Origin: a virus
Taxonomy: Duplodnaviria > Caudoviricetes
DNA: 25,310 bases
IMG/VR virus record: IMGVR_UViG_3300017911_000527
Location: 1-25,310 of that record
Reading direction: 5' to 3' (one strand)
The translations under genes were made by a program, and so were the position numbers. Each line of letters starts with the position of its first letter. Position 1 is the first letter of the stretch. Below the pieces are notes generated by a model. The model was not told where the DNA came from and ran no database searches. It saw only the letters and a list, made by a program, of their open reading frames with translations. Shown here one piece after another: positions 22,538-25,310 of the stretch.

Positions 22538-24088
22538 ATGAACGATCAATCTTTAGCCAAACAATATGAAAACATGGCAGCAGATCGTGACGCTTTTCTC
22601 TCCAGAGCTAGGTCTTGCGCTGAGTTAACAATACCTACACTTATGCCACCTGATGGACATAACGGGTCTACTCAGTACAACACACCTTTCCAATCAGTAG
22701 GTGCTAGAGGCGTAAACAACTTAGCATCAAAACTACTGATGACTCTTCTCCCTCCCAACCAAGCATTCTTCCGTCTAACTATTGATGACTATGATTTAGT
22801 CGAGTTAGGAGGAGATGCGCGTGGTAAGGCAGAAGAAGCGTTAGCTCGTATAGAGAGATCAGCAACACAGGTTATCGAATCAAAAGCTATTCGAGTACCG
22901 ACATTTGAAGCTTTAAAACAACTTATCGTAAGCGGTAACGCCTTGGTACATTTACCCCCTAAAGGCGGTATGAAAGTCTTTAGACTTGATCGTTATGTAG
23001 CAAACCGTGATTCAATGGGTAATGTAGTAAAAATCATTACCAAGGAAACTATATCCTACGAAGCATTACCTAAAGATGTTATGGAAGTCTTACTTGAAAA
23101 CCCTGAGTACCAAGTAGATACCAACAAGAAAGAGTGCGATATTTACACTTGTGTTAAACGAGTTGGTAATAAATACGAAGTACATCAGGAAGTACATGAC
23201 ATTGTTATTCCTTCATCTACAGGCTCTTATTCACAAGAGAAACTGCCTTGGATGGCTTTACGTTTTATTGCTGTCGATGGTAATGACTATGGTCGTTCTT
23301 TCTGTGAAGAAATTGTAGGCGATTTAAAATCACTAGAAGCTTTAACAAGAGCCATCGTGGAAGGTAGTGCCGCATCTTCTAAATTACTATTCATGGTTAG
23401 ACCTAACGGTACGACAAAGATGCGTAGTATTGCAGATGCACCTAACGGTGGTATTGTATCAGGCGATGCTAACGATGTTACCACATTACAAGCTAATAAA
23501 TTTAATGACTTCCGAGTCGCACAAGAGACAATGCAGAAAATAACTGAGCGTTTGTCTTTTGCTTTCCTCCTTAACAGTTCAGTCCAACGACAAGCTGAAC
23601 GTGTAACAGCTGAAGAAGTTCGTTACATGGCACAAGAGTTAGAGACCGCACTAGGTGGCATCTACTCAGTGTTATCTCAAGAGTTCCAAGTGCCTCTTGT
23701 CAACCTCCTCCTAGCTAAAATGCAGAAGGAAGGAAAGATGCCTAAGTTCCCTAAAGATACATTGAAGCCACAGATCGTAACTGGTTTGGAGGCTCTAGGT
23801 CGTGGACAAGACTTAAACAAACTTTCTACATTCTTACAATACTTACAACCTTTAGGTCAGGAAGTGATTGCACAAGAACTAAACATTGATGATTACATAG
23901 ATCGTTTAGGTGCATCCCTTGGTATTGACACGCAAGGTCTTGTGAAGTCTGAAGAACAGAAAGCACAGGAACAAGAAGCAGCTATACAAGCCCAACAACA
24001 ACAACAAATGATGGCGATGGCTGAGAAAGGTGTAGCTCCAGCAGTTAAAGGTATGGTTGATGCGGCTCAACAACCAATGGAAGAGTAA
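22538..24088 (+). CDS. Portal / head-tail connector (T7 gp8-like)
   Basis: QSVGARGVNNLASKL, YGRS..EE..GDL.SLE.L, AERVTAEEVR, TGLEALGRGQDL motifs. Confidence 0.97.
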   Translation: MNDQSLAKQYENMAADRDAFLSRARSCAELTIPTLMPPDGHNGSTQYNTPFQSVGARGVNNLASKLLMTLLPPNQAFFRLTIDDYDLVELGGDARGKAEEALARIERSATQVIESKAIRVPTFEALKQLIVSGNALVHLPPKGGMKVFRLDRYVANRDSMGNVVKIITKETISYEALPKDVMEVLLENPEYQVDTNKKECDIYTCVKRVGNKYEVHQEVHDIVIPSSTGSYSQEKLPWMALRFIAVDGNDYGRSFCEEIVGDLKSLEALTRAIVEGSAASSKLLFMVRPNGTTKMRSIADAPNGGIVSGDANDVTTLQANKFNDFRVAQETMQKITERLSFAFLLNSSVQRQAERVTAEEVRYMAQELETALGGIYSVLSQEFQVPLVNLLLAKMQKEGKMPKFPKDTLKPQIVTGLEALGRGQDLNKLSTFLQYLQPLGQEVIAQELNIDDYIDRLGASLGIDTQGLVKSEEQKAQEQEAAIQAQQQQQMMAMAEKGVAPAVKGMVDAAQQPMEE

Positions 24089-24105
24089 TTTAAAAAGAGA
24101 CTATT

Positions 24106-24897
24106 ATGACAGACAATATTAATACACATGAAGAACAAACAGAATCACAAGAACACGTTGAAGCAATGATCCAAAAAGGCGAAGAGTTAGAGGCGCGTAA
24201 CAACCCTAATCAAGAGGAGCGTCCTGATTGGTTGCCTGAAAAATTTAAGAACGTGGAACAGATGGCTGAAGCATACAGTCATCTAGAAAAGAAATTAGGC
24301 TCTGGTGAAAGTGAAGCGGAAGCACCTACTGAGGAAGCACCACAACAAGAAGCTCCTGAAGTAGACGCGACTGCAAGCGATGTTAAACAAGCAGTAGAAA
24401 ACGCTGGTGTTAACTTCGACTCACTACAGGCAGAGTATGATGAAAATGGGCAACTGTCTGAAGATGCTTACAACAAGTTATCGGAAGCGGGTTTCCCACA
24501 AGATTTGGTAAATAGTTGGATTGCGGGACAAGAAGCCCTAGCAAAAGATTACCAAACATCTGTCTACAATATTGTAGGTGGAGAACAAGCTTACAGCGAG
24601 ATGGTTAACTGGGCTGGCGAAAACTTATCTGAAAGTGAAGTAGCTGCCTACGACAGAGCTGTGAGTTCAGGAGACATTGAGATGGTCAAACTGGCTGTGT
24701 CAGGATTACAAACAAAGTATCAAGCTAATGAGGGTACAGACCCTTCTTTAATAGAAGGACAATCCAGTAACTCGTCAGGCGGTGTTTATAGCTCTTGGTC
24801 AGAAGTGACCTCAGCTATGAGAGACCCTCGATACAAGAGTGATCCAGCATACCGTCAGTCTGTTACGAACAAACTTGCTCGTAGCAACGTACAATAG
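24106..24897 (+). CDS. Capsid scaffolding protein (T7 gp9-like)
   Basis: RPDWLPEKF, GGEQAY..M..WA, AM.DPRY..DPAYR..V..KL motifs; acidic. Confidence 0.93.
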   Translation: MTDNINTHEEQTESQEHVEAMIQKGEELEARNNPNQEERPDWLPEKFKNVEQMAEAYSHLEKKLGSGESEAEAPTEEAPQQEAPEVDATASDVKQAVENAGVNFDSLQAEYDENGQLSEDAYNKLSEAGFPQDLVNSWIAGQEALAKDYQTSVYNIVGGEQAYSEMVNWAGENLSESEVAAYDRAVSSGDIEMVKLAVSGLQTKYQANEGTDPSLIEGQSSNSSGGVYSSWSEVTSAMRDPRYKSDPAYRQSVTNKLARSNVQ

Positions 24898-24907
24898 TCT
24901 CTTTTAT

Positions 24908-24929
24908 GCCCTCTTCGGGGGGCTTTTTT
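24908..24929 (+). terminator. Intrinsic terminator after the scaffold gene
   Basis: GCCCTC-TTCG-GGGGGC stem with C(UUCG)G loop, followed by T6. Confidence 0.85.
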
Positions 24930-25054
24930 ATAAGTAACGAAACACAGAATTAATTACCTTTGACCCCTGCGGGGACAATCTAAGCGGAAAGATTAAGTGT
25001 TAAGTGACTAAACATTAAACATTCATTTAAACATTTAACAAAAGGTAAATTATT

Positions 25055-25310
25055 ATGGCATGGAACAACGGAACAGAAACAGGAAGTGTATCCCGACTAG
25101 GTTCGGTTAACAACACTATTACTGGTGACGCTGGTAAATCTAGCAGAGAACTCTTTCTCAAGCAGTTTGCTGGTGAAGTATTAACATCATTTGAAGAGCG
25201 CAACATTGCAATGCCTCTACACAGAGTACGCACTATCTCTAATGGTAAGTCGGCTCAATTCCCTAGCATTGGTACTGCATCAGCAGAATACCACAAAGCT
25301 GGTGACACCA
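25055..25310 (+). CDS. Major capsid protein (T7 gp10-like), 3' partial
   Basis: MAWNNG...RELFLKQFAGEVLTSFEERNIAMPLHRVRTISNGKSAQFPSIG; SD AAGGT; open to the window end. Confidence 0.95.
   Translation, partial: MAWNNGTETGSVSRLGSVNNTITGDAGKSSRELFLKQFAGEVLTSFEERNIAMPLHRVRTISNGKSAQFPSIGTASAEYHKAGDT

Noticed and set aside
463-25233. All minus-strand ORFs in the track and nested alternative-frame + ORFs (e.g. 8481, 8870, 17480, 20514, 20757)
   Set aside because: They shadow well-supported + strand genes, show no recognisable motifs, and T7-like genomes are transcribed from one strand.
1-25310. Integrated prophage with host flanks
   Set aside because: No host genes are present, and attP is intact with phage genes on both sides.

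Overview
This window is about 25 kb of a free (non-integrated) T7-like podophage genome (Autographiviridae type, probably aquatic or marine and temperate-capable). Essentially all genes are on the + strand. The window is permuted across the genome ends. It opens in the late region (tail-associated gene, holin-like genes, M15 endolysin, TerS, HNH, two small basic proteins, TerL) and crosses a structured non-coding terminal region (about 4123-4650). It then runs through about 22 small early genes, a MarR-like regulator, a tyrosine integrase and an intact attP whose core is the 5' half of tRNA-Ser(GCU). Next come a T7-type RNA polymerase encoded as TWO overlapping genes, the replication and nucleotide module (SSB, endonuclease I, primase-helicase, DNA polymerase A, exonuclease, MazG-like, class II RNR) and the head module (portal, scaffold, start of major capsid). 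The most notable observations are: (1) the apparently naturally split single-subunit RNAP, broken at the equivalent of T7 residue ~301, together with a candidate 19-bp promoter CTCTAACCWYCCCCTATAG (3 copies); (2) a 5'-half tRNA attP between int and the RNAP genes; (3) three copies of CGTGACC-N14-GGTCACTC at a fixed distance upstream of early sigma70-like promoters; (4) inverted copies of the putative Int arm motif near the genome end. Protein calls come from motif recognition by eye, not database searches.
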